Below are positions 18,185-26,946 of a stretch of 35,660 nt of DNA, one piece after another; the first letter of the stretch is position 1; every line of letters begins with the position of its first letter. Below the pieces are notes generated by a model. The model searched no databases. It worked only from the letters and a program-made list of their open reading frames with translations, and was not told the origin of the DNA. The position numbers were made by a program, and so were the translations under genes. The stretch is from a virus, in the UHGV virus genome UHGV-0200663. One strand, given 5' to 3'.

Positions 18185-19146
18185 CAGTTATTCTCCTGTT
18201 TAGGTTTAGCGGCGAGGAACTCTTCCCCGGTAATACCCATGCTGCGGCACATCGCCAGTTCGGCGTCGGTCAGTGTCTGCGCGGGTTTATCCTTGCCCTG
18301 GCTGGGCTTGTCGTTGTTCACCAGCGGCTGTGCACCTTTGGTGTACTCCGCAAACTGTTTGCGGCCTTCTTCCGTGCGGCAGGTGGCAAGGAACATGTCA
18401 CGGTTTGCCGGGGCCACTTTTCCGGCTTCGATGGCCGCATCCACAAGCGCTTCTGCTTCCTTCTCTTCCAGTTGCTGAAGGCGTTGTTCTGCGGTTTCGG
18501 CACGGTTCAGTGCCAGATTGTGGGTTTCCACCGGTACAAACTTCGTCAGGTCAGGTGTCTGTGCGCGGTTCAGCGCCACCTGTTCGTTCTCCTGAAGTTG
18601 TTTAATGGCGGCCACGGTATCGTCCACCGTGGCAGATTCAGCCAGCCCAAGCAGGCCGGTGATTTGCACAGGTACTGTCATCGGGTTTTTCTCCGTATTC
18701 AGTGCAGGAAAGTCCAGATTAGGTTTGTTGGTCAGCCCGACGCTGGACAGGCGCGTCACCACACCCTCCGCGTCATGGAAAAACGCCGGGCTGTAATAGC
18801 GGTAGCGGCGCTCGCTCAGCATCCACCGGGCGTATTCGCTCCAGACAACACGGCCTTCAATGGTGCCGCTGTCTGTCACCCGCAGTTCTTCCACCCAGCC
18901 ATACGCCGGGGCTTCATCACCGCGTTGCCCTTTAATTTCGGTGGCGTGTTCAATGTCCACCGGAATTTTGATGTCGGACGAACGGGCAACCACCTCATGC
19001 GGATTGCGGTTAATCCACGTCCGGCCATCGCGCCCGGTGAACTCACCCGCAGGAACGAGTTCAAGCCATTCCGGCAGTTGAGCAGGTGTCAGCTCAGGGA
19101 TGGGTTCTGGCAGGGAAAAACACAGCGCCAGCAGTTCCGGTTTCAT
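18184..19146 (-). CDS. Head maturation protease / scaffold, Mu I-like
   Basis: 320 aa, first gene after an intergenic region with terminator-like hairpins; Glu/Ala-rich C-terminal half. Confidence 0.65.
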   Translation of the reverse strand: MKPELLALCFSLPEPIPELTPAQLPEWLELVPAGEFTGRDGRTWINRNPHEVVARSSDIKIPVDIEHATEIKGQRGDEAPAYGWVEELRVTDSGTIEGRVVWSEYARWMLSERRYRYYSPAFFHDAEGVVTRLSSVGLTNKPNLDFPALNTEKNPMTVPVQITGLLGLAESATVDDTVAAIKQLQENEQVALNRAQTPDLTKFVPVETHNLALNRAETAEQRLQQLEEKEAEALVDAAIEAGKVAPANRDMFLATCRTEEGRKQFAEYTKGAQPLVNNDKPSQGKDKPAQTLTDAELAMCRSMGITGEEFLAAKPKQENN

Positions 19147-19195
19147 GTCAGTCTCCGTCGTCTGGGGTTACCGACGGTCAGTATGCGGAAGGCAG

Positions 19196-19220
19196 AAAAA
19201 AAGCCGGATTTACCGGCTTC
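19196..19220 (-). terminator. Hairpin plus T7 on gene strand (GAAGCCGG-TAAAT-CCGGCTT TTTTTTT), 50 nt upstream of the protease/scaffold ATG; identical copy at 26917-26941
   Basis: Read directly from sequence; 25/25 nt identical to the copy upstream of the endolysin gene. Confidence 0.5.
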
Positions 19221-19242
19221 ACTGAAAACGGGAAGAACCCCC

Positions 19243-19284
19243 CCTTCAAAACCCCTTCAAAAACGCCACAGCACCTTCAAAAAA
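19243..19284. repeat. Three direct repeats of CCTTCAAAA (minus strand TTTTGAAGG), spaced 11 and 20 bp
   Basis: Copies start at 19243, 19254 and 19274, in the intergenic region between the MuF-like and protease/scaffold genes. Confidence 0.5.
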
Positions 19285-19313
19285 GTCAGAATGCACATTC
19301 ACGCCATCAGAAT

Positions 19314-19338
19314 AAAAAACGCGTTTCTGATGCGTTTC
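19314..19338 (-). terminator. Rho-independent terminator candidate after MuF-like gene
   Basis: Minus strand GAAACGC-ATCAGAAAC-GCGTTT followed by TTTT, about 25 nt after the stop at 19361. Confidence 0.45.
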
Positions 19339-19360
19339 AGGGGGATTTACGGCGGGAGGG

Positions 19361-20125
19361 TTATTCACTGTCAAAACGTGCCTGTCTGGCTGCCAGCTGG
19401 CGTGCCAGCTCCTGCTCACGGTTTATGCCGGGGTTGTAGTTCCAGCCCGGATCAATCCCTTCCGGCACGTCTTCCTCTTCGCCCGTGCGTTTATTCACCC
19501 AGCGGACGGTTCTGATTTCCGGCGCTTCGGTGTGAATGGTGCCCTGTGCCGCCAGTTGCGCATACTCACCACGGCTGACCTGACGGATGGTGCATTTGCA
19601 GCCCCAGCCGTTAGGGGCAAAATGTGTCTGCCAGAACGGATGATCTACCGGCAGACACAGACGCGCCCATTTCACATGCTCCGCCCGGTGCTCGCGGGAT
19701 GGCCCCAGCTCGTAAATCAGATACGGCATGGCCCGCTTTGTTCGCTGAATGCGTTCCCACTGGCCCGCCGCGCGGGCAGTGCGCATGTTGGTGTCAAAAA
19801 TCGTGCGGAGGCGGCGGTCGCTGCCCAGCTGTACGGTTCGGGTTTCGCCCGTCAGCGGATCATCCATCTCCTGAACACCCCACCATCCGCGTTTTATCAG
19901 CAGCGGTTGCAGCGCCTCCCGGAACTCGCTGAACGTCTGTCCGCTTTGCAGGGCGTCTTCCACAAGGACTTTCACATCCGACAACAAATCCAGTTGCAGC
20001 ATTTTTGCCACGGTGAAGCTGTTCCGGTGTTCTTCCCGCCATACATCCCGGTAATCAAAACCGGGGCGCAGCTTCTTCGCCTTCAGCCACGCCAGCGCCT
20101 CTTTCGGGATGAGAGTTTCACGCAT
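19361..20125 (-). CDS. MuF-like minor head protein
   Basis: Downstream of portal as in Mu (H then F). ATG at 20125 (MRETLIPKE..) overlaps portal stop by 8 nt. Confidence 0.55.
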   Translation of the reverse strand: MRETLIPKEALAWLKAKKLRPGFDYRDVWREEHRNSFTVAKMLQLDLLSDVKVLVEDALQSGQTFSEFREALQPLLIKRGWWGVQEMDDPLTGETRTVQLGSDRRLRTIFDTNMRTARAAGQWERIQRTKRAMPYLIYELGPSREHRAEHVKWARLCLPVDHPFWQTHFAPNGWGCKCTIRQVSRGEYAQLAAQGTIHTEAPEIRTVRWVNKRTGEEEDVPEGIDPGWNYNPGINREQELARQLAARQARFDSE

Positions 20126-21689
20126 GACCGGTGTCCCCCAGCGCACGCGCCTTAAAGCACACCTCCGCCAGTTGCAGGGCAAAGTCGTCCGCGTTCAGCG
20201 TTTCCTGAAGCTCAGGCAGGCGTTTCAGAAAGTCATCAAAACTGTCGCATTCCTGCGCCAGTGTCAGCACCGGGTTCGTGAACGCTTCGCCGGTTTTCTG
20301 CCAGTCACGCAGGGCATCATCCACCATCTGTGCCAGTTCGTCGGGGTGTTCCCGGTTCAGGGCGACGCGCTCGCGGTTCATCGCCACATCACCTGACATT
20401 CCGGCAGACACCGGATGCAGAACATCAGCCCCGTCGTCCGGTTCAGCCAGGCCGAACCGGTCCCGCAGCTCCGATTCCTGAACCCGCATCCCCCGGTCAA
20501 TCAGTGGCACCAGAGCATCTGTCAGCGCCTTCAGATCTTCCGCTTCACTGATACGCAGAACAACACGGGGGTATTGCGCCTGTGGCCCGTAGTTGGCCTC
20601 GATATAGGGACGCACCAGATATTCATTCAGCGTGTTAGCCAGCTGCCGCGCGTCCCAGCGCACAATGTCCATACGCACCTGATTGTGCACGTCCGCCTGT
20701 GAACGCGAACTGCCGTTATCCGTGGTCATGGTCTGCCCCAGCACAGCCTTACTGATTTGCGCATCGCACCATTCCGCCATTTCACAGAACAGTGCACCGC
20801 CGTTATTCCGGCTGGCGGTTTCCTGCATCTCCAGTTGCATGGACTGCGGAATTGCACACCCGGCATCCGAGGCAATGGACGCAATCGCATCAATCAGTAC
20901 GCGGATTTGCTCCTCCGTGGCGTTGGGACCGTATTTCCCCACCGTGACCGGAATGCCGAACTTTTCCGCAAATGCCCACCAGTCACGCACGGTAAAGGAT
21001 TTCAGCATGTACATCACCGCTACCAGACGGGCCAGACCGTTACGCAGCGGCAGACCGGATTTCAGACGCGGCTGGTGAACAATGAATTTTCCCGGTGTCA
21101 GCGATACGCCATCCACCGGTTCATCGTCAGTCAGCAGGCGGAACTGGCGCAGCGTGGGTTTTTCGGCTTTCAGAAAACGGGGATCAACCCACTCATAATC
21201 ACGGGGCATCCAGTGGTTGTTGCGGGTGTCCCACAGGATTTCACAGACCGCCACGCCTTTTCCCAGCCCGTCGAGCAAATCAAACATCAGCTCAGGGATT
21301 TGCGGGGCTTCCATCAGCGCACGGATGGCGTCCGCCAGTTGCACGTCAGCATCGTCATCACTGGCGGCCACCACCACCGGTTCGATACCCGCCACCGTCA
21401 GCTTGCGGGTGCGCAGCACCGAGGCGTAATGCAAATCGCGCTCTTCCATCTCTTCAGCAAGGATAAAAAAATCACGCGTGATGCCGTCGGCGGCATTGCG
21501 CAGAATGCCTGCCAGCCTGCCGGGGTTCAGCCCGGAGGCGACGCTGATACCCGGCGAGGCCGAACGCACACCGGCATGACGCGGACGGGCCTGCGCTTCA
21601 TTGAGCGCCTCTTTTTTCAGCGTGCCTTCCTCACCGGTTGCCGGGTTCAGCAGACGGCGAACGGCCCCGGCCAGTTGTTTCAGGTTCAC
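20118..21689 (-). CDS. Portal protein (Mu H-like)
   Basis: 523 aa immediately downstream of terminase large subunit; GTG start at 21689 preceded by GGGAGG. Confidence 0.7.
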   Translation of the reverse strand: MNLKQLAGAVRRLLNPATGEEGTLKKEALNEAQARPRHAGVRSASPGISVASGLNPGRLAGILRNAADGITRDFFILAEEMEERDLHYASVLRTRKLTVAGIEPVVVAASDDDADVQLADAIRALMEAPQIPELMFDLLDGLGKGVAVCEILWDTRNNHWMPRDYEWVDPRFLKAEKPTLRQFRLLTDDEPVDGVSLTPGKFIVHQPRLKSGLPLRNGLARLVAVMYMLKSFTVRDWWAFAEKFGIPVTVGKYGPNATEEQIRVLIDAIASIASDAGCAIPQSMQLEMQETASRNNGGALFCEMAEWCDAQISKAVLGQTMTTDNGSSRSQADVHNQVRMDIVRWDARQLANTLNEYLVRPYIEANYGPQAQYPRVVLRISEAEDLKALTDALVPLIDRGMRVQESELRDRFGLAEPDDGADVLHPVSAGMSGDVAMNRERVALNREHPDELAQMVDDALRDWQKTGEAFTNPVLTLAQECDSFDDFLKRLPELQETLNADDFALQLAEVCFKARALGDTGHA

Positions 21690-23221
21690 AGTAAACCTCC
21701 CTCATTTTTCAGGCCGCGCGTCAGCTTCATCTGGCGGCGCGCGTTGCGTTCTTCCGGTTTCGCCGGGCGGTTCAGGCGGTGCAGTTCGTAACGGTGGCAG
21801 TCATCTTTACTGGCAAGGAAGCCCAGGAAAATGGCCACAGCGGCGTCGCCGTGACGTTTGTGACCGTCGCTGCCTCTGGTTCGTGAATCATCAATGCCGG
21901 GAACGCCACGCAGTAACTGAATGGCCCCGAGGTCATTGATCACGTCTTCATGCTTCGGAAGGATCAGCTCATCATCTTCAAACGCCGCACGGAAACGGGG
22001 CATGTTTTCGCGGTAGAACGCCACGGACAGCATCACCTGTTCCACTTCGTCGCCGTACCGCTCCGCCGCCTGTTCTGCCAGATACTGACCATTCCCCCGC
22101 GCATCCATTTTGATGCCGTCACGACGGGGCAGACGATCGCAAAGCCAGAACAGCACCTGCTCCTGCTGTTTAAACGGCACATTGCCAAGCTCAACCAGGA
22201 ACGGCACCTCGCGGGTGGTGTCATCGTTCACCGTCACCGGGGCCAGTACGGTCAGGTCACCCGAACGCGCAAAGTCTTCCCCCAGACAGTGGCGCAGGTT
22301 CTTCGGGAGTTTTTCCAGTTCAGGGCGCACCACTGTTTCCAGCCATTCCCGGATATCTGCCCGGCGCTGGCTTTCCGTCAGTGCGTTAAATTCCGGTGTG
22401 CCGGTAAAGCGCAACACTTTCCCGGTGCCACGGGCCGCACGTTCACGCAGTGAGCGGGGGATATACGTGCCGCCGCCGTTTTTCGGGACGCAGTAATATT
22501 CTTCCAGTGCGTCTTCGCGGGTGGCGGTATTTCGCAGCAGACCTTCTTTCCATTCCGCTTCGGCTTCCGGTGACCACACCATGCCGCGCACCTGACAGAT
22601 ACGCCGGTACAGCCCGTCATTGCAGGCGTCATCCAGCGTGATGGTGTGAATGCTGTAATCTTTTTTGCCCGCGCGGCTTTCCTGAATCAGCTGGTTAAAC
22701 AGGTTGTCCACGCCGTCATGGGTGGAAATAAGGCGAATTTTGCCGCCCCATGTTTTCAGCGGCAGCACCGCCTTCAGCAGCTCGTCCAGTTTTTCATGGA
22801 ACGCGGCCTCGTCGATGGTGACATTCCCCTGCATCCCGCGAATGTTGCTCGGGTTGCTGGACAGTGCCTTGACCTTAAAACCGCTGGCGAAGTACACGAC
22901 GAACGTCAGAATGTCCTTGTCTTCGTCGGTGATCACTTCCTCGCAGATTTCTTCCGCTGCCGCATTAAACGCCTTCGCCCACATCGCCACGGCGTCGATA
23001 AATTCGCGGGCCATCTCCTTATTCGAACCGATATAAAAGTGATCGCGCCCGCCGTCTTCCTTCTTCAGTGATGCCGTCAGTGCTGCATCCGCCGCTTCCG
23101 CCCAGGTTAAACCGGTACGGCGGGATTTCTCGGCAATTTTCAGGTCGGCATCATCCGCCACCCAGCGTTTCTGATACGGCAGCAGAACATCATATTCACT
23201 GAACGTATCCATTTGTGTCAT
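21686..23221 (-). CDS. Terminase large subunit
   Basis: 511 aa; position upstream of portal; ATG at 23221. Confidence 0.75.
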   Translation of the reverse strand: MTQMDTFSEYDVLLPYQKRWVADDADLKIAEKSRRTGLTWAEAADAALTASLKKEDGGRDHFYIGSNKEMAREFIDAVAMWAKAFNAAAEEICEEVITDEDKDILTFVVYFASGFKVKALSSNPSNIRGMQGNVTIDEAAFHEKLDELLKAVLPLKTWGGKIRLISTHDGVDNLFNQLIQESRAGKKDYSIHTITLDDACNDGLYRRICQVRGMVWSPEAEAEWKEGLLRNTATREDALEEYYCVPKNGGGTYIPRSLRERAARGTGKVLRFTGTPEFNALTESQRRADIREWLETVVRPELEKLPKNLRHCLGEDFARSGDLTVLAPVTVNDDTTREVPFLVELGNVPFKQQEQVLFWLCDRLPRRDGIKMDARGNGQYLAEQAAERYGDEVEQVMLSVAFYRENMPRFRAAFEDDELILPKHEDVINDLGAIQLLRGVPGIDDSRTRGSDGHKRHGDAAVAIFLGFLASKDDCHRYELHRLNRPAKPEERNARRQMKLTRGLKNEGGLL

Positions 23222-23799
23222 ACGCTAATCCCCAGAATGTCTCGTTTGATGGTGTCAGCCGCACCACCTGACAGACCGCCCGTTCTGACCAGTTCTTCGG
23301 TTTTCTCTGCCATCTCCTGCGCAAACGCATCACGGATCGCTTTCTCGCGTTTATGGCTGGTCATGGCTGCCGCTTCCAGACGCTGGGCAACCAGCGCCAG
23401 TTGCCCCAGCGCCTTCGGTGCAACAGGCTTGTCGTCTTCTGCCATCGACATGGACGTTTCAAAAGCCAGCGTTTTTACAAACTCCATCAGCAGTTTGCCG
23501 ACGTCTGACGTCGGCGCGGAACCCAGCTTTGCCGCCCAGACTTCGGCCATTTCGCGGGAGGCACGGATTTTTGCCCCGACTTTTTCCATGCGGATGGCAT
23601 AGCGGTTTAAGCCCGTCCGGCTTAACTGCATCTCTTCCGGCAGGTTGTGTTCGTCAATCAGGGCGTTGATGGCTTCGCGGATTTCCTCCTGCGTGTGCCG
23701 CTTTTCCCGCAGCATCTGATGCAACTGCTCCCGGATGCTGTCCGGGAGTAAATCCACTTTGGAAAGACGGCCACGGGTGGGGCGTTGTTCATTTTCCAT
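23218..23799 (-). CDS. Mu gp27-like protein (possible terminase small subunit)
   Basis: Immediately upstream of terminase large subunit. ATG at 23799 preceded by AGGAGG; ORF-track GTG at 23820 is less likely. Confidence 0.5.
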   Translation of the reverse strand: MENEQRPTRGRLSKVDLLPDSIREQLHQMLREKRHTQEEIREAINALIDEHNLPEEMQLSRTGLNRYAIRMEKVGAKIRASREMAEVWAAKLGSAPTSDVGKLLMEFVKTLAFETSMSMAEDDKPVAPKALGQLALVAQRLEAAAMTSHKREKAIRDAFAQEMAEKTEELVRTGGLSGGAADTIKRDILGISV

Positions 23800-23936
23800 G
23801 TGTGCCCTCCTGTTGCTCACTACGCTGTAAACTTTCGTATGCAGATTTCAGTGCGCCACTCTGGATTTCCCGCCATGTCAGGTTGTGCGCCAGACGGCGG
23901 AGTTCATCACGGGACGCTTTACTTATCGGATTCTTT

Positions 23937-24236
23937 TTACGGTTCACGACGGCCCCCGTCTTCAGTTCCCGGTGTTTTCAGACCGGCGTATATTTCTTCG
24001 CGAACGGAGCGGATATCCTTACCCAGCAGCTTCCACAGCCGCGCACATGCCGGTGATGAACGCAGGGCACGTTTCATGGGGGTATCCGGTGCATCCGGGT
24101 TCCAGGGCTTTCCGGTCTGTTGTTCGTATGCACGGACAATGGCGTTTTGCTCAATATCCGCGAGCACAAGACAGTACGCCAGCTGCCGCACGACGGCCCG
24201 TTCTCCGCGACTTAACGGCTTCAGTTTTCGGGCCAT
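23937..24236 (-). CDS. Hypothetical phage protein
   Basis: 99 aa, ATG start, same strand as the operon. Confidence 0.35.
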   Translation of the reverse strand: MARKLKPLSRGERAVVRQLAYCLVLADIEQNAIVRAYEQQTGKPWNPDAPDTPMKRALRSSPACARLWKLLGKDIRSVREEIYAGLKTPGTEDGGRREP

Positions 24237-24238
24237 GC

Positions 24239-24532
24239 TCAGTCCCTCGCACGGGGTTTTTTAACGCCCGGAACGCTGGACAGGCCGTTTGCCACATCCT
24301 CACCGCTGCCGGTGATTTCAGCCACGTAACAGCCGCCCACATCAGACAGACGAACCAGCCCCTGCTCGCGCAGCCATGCAAGCTGGGTGCGCACCACATC
24401 ACGGGATACCTTATGACCGTAGGCCTGAAGGCAGGTCTGCAACACGGATTCATTCGCGCTGTCGCCACAGTCCAGCAGGGAACGCAGCAACACAAGACGA
24501 CGGTCTTCAGTGAGGATCTCTTTCATCGCCAT
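24239..24532 (-). CDS. Hypothetical phage protein (Mu gp26-like position)
   Basis: 97 aa, tightly packed with neighbours. Confidence 0.4.
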   Translation of the reverse strand: MAMKEILTEDRRLVLLRSLLDCGDSANESVLQTCLQAYGHKVSRDVVRTQLAWLREQGLVRLSDVGGCYVAEITGSGEDVANGLSSVPGVKKPRARD

Positions 24533-24825
24533 TATTTTTTTTCCTTTAACTCGTTCTCTAATAACAAATCGCTGATGCGGGATACCTGGCGGATGGATGG
24601 CCCCAGCTCTTTGATTTCTCCCCGCAGGTTGCTGATATCCAGTTGCAGGCGGTGGAACTCATCACGGTCGGGTAAATGGTGTACCTGGCTTTCCATCACC
24701 GACATGCGGGAACGGAGTGAATCAAACTCTTCGCGTTTGACGTAGGTTTTCGCCAGAATCAGCTGAAGCAGGTTTATTCCTGTCATCAGCAATGCCCACA
24801 GAATGGGCCAGTTGGCTCTGATCAT
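24532..24825 (-). CDS. Small membrane-anchored coiled-coil protein (lysis-associated candidate)
   Basis: N-terminal hydrophobic segment WPILWALLMTGINLLQLIL followed by a charged helical region; ATGA overlap with upstream stop. Confidence 0.4.
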   Translation of the reverse strand: MIRANWPILWALLMTGINLLQLILAKTYVKREEFDSLRSRMSVMESQVHHLPDRDEFHRLQLDISNLRGEIKELGPSIRQVSRISDLLLENELKEKK

Positions 24826-25049
24826 TTCCCAGGACACGATTTCCTCCTGTGTTCCCGTATCTGCTGACAGTCAATACAGGTCACCACATCCGGCAGCGCC
24901 GCAAGGCGCTGTGCCGGAATAACGTTCCCGCAGTCATTGCAGAAGCCCCGGCTGTGGGGCGCTTCTTTTGTCCGCGTCTGCCAGGCTTTAACGACGCTCT
25001 GACGTTCGTTCAGAACCACTTCACTGATGCGGTCGATTTCGTCGGTCAT
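24822..25049 (-). CDS. TraR/DksA-family C4 zinc-finger protein
   Basis: C-terminal CNDCGNVIP...CIDCQ four-cysteine motif in a 75-aa protein. Confidence 0.55.
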   Translation of the reverse strand: MTDEIDRISEVVLNERQSVVKAWQTRTKEAPHSRGFCNDCGNVIPAQRLAALPDVVTCIDCQQIREHRRKSCPGK

Positions 25050-25654
25050 TTCAGCCCCGCAGAAATTTTGTCCTTGCTTGACTTGCTGTAACGGGCAAAG
25101 CCGTCAAGAGTTCGCACGCCGAGATAGCCCAGCGCCGGGGTAAGTAACATCAGCGTGATATCCCAGTCCGGTGACGGCATATGCAGCGTGATACCTCTGG
25201 CACCGGCAATGGCTCCGGCAATCTGGCCGCAGGAAAGCAACAGCACATAGGCCAGACTGCTGTAACAGGAAAGGCGGGCCAGCAGCGGGCGCGTCTGGCG
25301 CACATAGCTGTCCGTGGCGTTGTCACCATTGCGGATGGTTTCCTGCTGTTCGTGGTGTGCGGCCTGCTGGTCAGCCAGCACCAGCTTCTGCCGTTCCACC
25401 TCCAGCTGTTGCAGCTGAATTTTCAGGGTTTCCAGCTGCATCAGTTGCTCCGGTGACAGCATCACCAGTTTTTGTTCCAGAATGCGTTGCTGTTCAGCCA
25501 CCGGCAGGCTTTCCCGGACGCTTTCCACCATACCGGCCACCGAGTCAGCGGCGGCAGATGTGCTGCCACCAAACCAGCGCCCGACGGAACGAATCAGCCC
25601 CGGCCCGGCTTTCAGCAGGACAGAAGCGATGCCTGAAAGGGTTAACGGATCCAT
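25046..25654 (-). CDS. Membrane protein with central coiled coil and C-terminal hydrophobic segments (lysis-associated candidate)
   Basis: Central Q/L/E-rich repeat region, then hydrophobic stretches (SLAYVLLLSCGQIAGAIAGA; ITLMLLTPALGYLGV). Confidence 0.4.
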   Translation of the reverse strand: MDPLTLSGIASVLLKAGPGLIRSVGRWFGGSTSAAADSVAGMVESVRESLPVAEQQRILEQKLVMLSPEQLMQLETLKIQLQQLEVERQKLVLADQQAAHHEQQETIRNGDNATDSYVRQTRPLLARLSCYSSLAYVLLLSCGQIAGAIAGARGITLHMPSPDWDITLMLLTPALGYLGVRTLDGFARYSKSSKDKISAGLK

Positions 25655-26055
25655 GAATCCCCCTTATGAAAACGGCGCTGATGTTTATAAAGTGCCGCGC
25701 AAAAGATACCGCCCAGCCAGAACGCCAGCTGATAAGGCTCCTTCAGATAAAGAATGCCGAATGTCAGCATGAAAAAACCAACGGCCCAGACCACCCATGA
25801 CCACACGACAATTCGAAGGGAGGCCGCCCGGAAGCGCCTTTTGGGTTGCAGGCGATAAGGCACGTTACCCAGCTGGAAACTGTGAATCAGGCAGAGTGTC
25901 GCGCCGTATGCCAGCACCATGACCGCAAACGCCCGCCATCCGGCAAAACAGCTCGCCAGAAAAAGCACTGCCGACAGCCCCAGAAACGACCACTGGCACA
26001 ACATAAAGCGGGAGTAAATAACGCGAACAAAAAGACTATTCATTCTGTGCATTGA
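25642..26055 (-). CDS. Small multi-pass membrane protein (holin-like candidate)
   Basis: ATG at 26055 preceded by AAGGAAAAA; at least three hydrophobic segments; within lysis cassette. Confidence 0.4.
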   Translation of the reverse strand, partial: SMHRMNSLFVRVIYSRFMLCQWSFLGLSAVLFLASCFAGWRAFAVMVLAYGATLCLIHSFQLGNVPYRLQPKRRFRAASLRIVVWSWVVWAVGFFMLTFGILYLKEPYQLAFWLGGIFCAALYKHQRRFHKGDSWIR

Positions 26056-26263
26056 GTTTTTCCTTGTACTTCTGGCACTGCCAGAAAATGTCCCGTGTAT
26101 CCACGGAGTTCCAGCCACGCATGTAGTAGCTGGCGTGTGTGCCGTCATGACCGGTATAGTCCAGCGGTTTCGGGGGCGAACCTCCGGCCATGCGGTGCAG
26201 AACCTCCTGACGCAGGCGGTCACGCCGCCCGGCTTTCAGTGAGGCATCCCAGCCTTTGCCCAT
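26036..26263 (-). CDS. Hypothetical small protein coupled to endolysin gene
   Basis: ATG one nt after endolysin stop; 75 aa, no hydrophobic segments. Confidence 0.35.
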   Translation of the reverse strand: MGKGWDASLKAGRRDRLRQEVLHRMAGGSPPKPLDYTGHDGTHASYYMRGWNSVDTRDIFWQCQKYKEKLNAQNE

Positions 26264-26264
26264 A

Positions 26265-26861
26265 TCACCCCCGCGTGGCGGACATGATGCCCAGAGGGGT
26301 ATCGATGATTTCCAGACAGGCGTCGGTCAGTTTTTCCATGCGGTTAAACCAGCCGTTCAGGTATTTACCCTGGGCGGGTTTTGACTTGATGATGTCGGCA
26401 TAAAAGCGGGAACGACGGACAATGCAGCGGGCCAACAACCAGTCCGGGGTGGACAGACTCACGGCCTTACGGGTACGCGGGCCGATGATGCCGTCAGCAT
26501 CCACATCAGCGGCTTCCTGCAAAATTCTGATGGCTTTTTTAACGCCATGCTGAACCGCTGCATCGAACACAAACATCGCCACGCCATCAGGCCACTGGTC
26601 ACATCCGGCAGGCAGCCAGTAATCGCGCCAGTAAATCTGCGCGACCTGTTCGCGGGTTAAATCCTTAATGCGGGTATCCGGTTTGCCGTCGCCGTTGACA
26701 TCGGTTTTGCCGTCAATCACACCGTCGCGGCGGTCAGAAATGCCGTATTTGGTTTCGCCGCCACGGTCAGTGGGGTCATTGACATAGACGCCTTCGATAT
26801 CGGGACGCAGAATGAAATTCAGCGCATGCTCAAAGGCCGGGGGGAATTTTTGATTTTCCAT
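26265..26861 (-). CDS. Endolysin, GH108-type N-terminal domain with C-terminal peptidoglycan-binding-like domain
   Basis: Motif VNDPTDRGGETKYGI near the N-terminus is characteristic of GH108 lysozymes; no N-terminal hydrophobic signal-anchor; first gene after a terminator-like hairpin. Confidence 0.6.
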   Translation of the reverse strand: MENQKFPPAFEHALNFILRPDIEGVYVNDPTDRGGETKYGISDRRDGVIDGKTDVNGDGKPDTRIKDLTREQVAQIYWRDYWLPAGCDQWPDGVAMFVFDAAVQHGVKKAIRILQEAADVDADGIIGPRTRKAVSLSTPDWLLARCIVRRSRFYADIIKSKPAQGKYLNGWFNRMEKLTDACLEIIDTPLGIMSATRG

Positions 26862-26916
26862 AAAAGCACCTGTGAAGCAGATTTAAACGTGGTCTGCTTC
26901 ATGGTGCCGGAGGCAT

Positions 26917-26941
26917 AAAAAAAGCCGGATTTACCGGCTTC
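26917..26941 (-). terminator. Hairpin plus T7 on gene strand after the Mor/C-family gene, 56 nt upstream of endolysin ATG; identical to 19196-19220
   Basis: GAAGCCGG-TAAAT-CCGGCTT TTTTTTT on minus strand. Confidence 0.5.
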
Positions 26942-26946
26942 ATTGA

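Noticed and set aside
13151-24745. Other long plus-strand ORFs across the late region (for example 13151..13897, 14342..14989, 18472..19515, 20757..21791, 23885..24745)
   Set aside because: All overlap tightly packed, translationally coupled minus-strand structural genes; Arg/His/Gly-rich junk-like translations consistent with antisense reading of GC-rich coding DNA.
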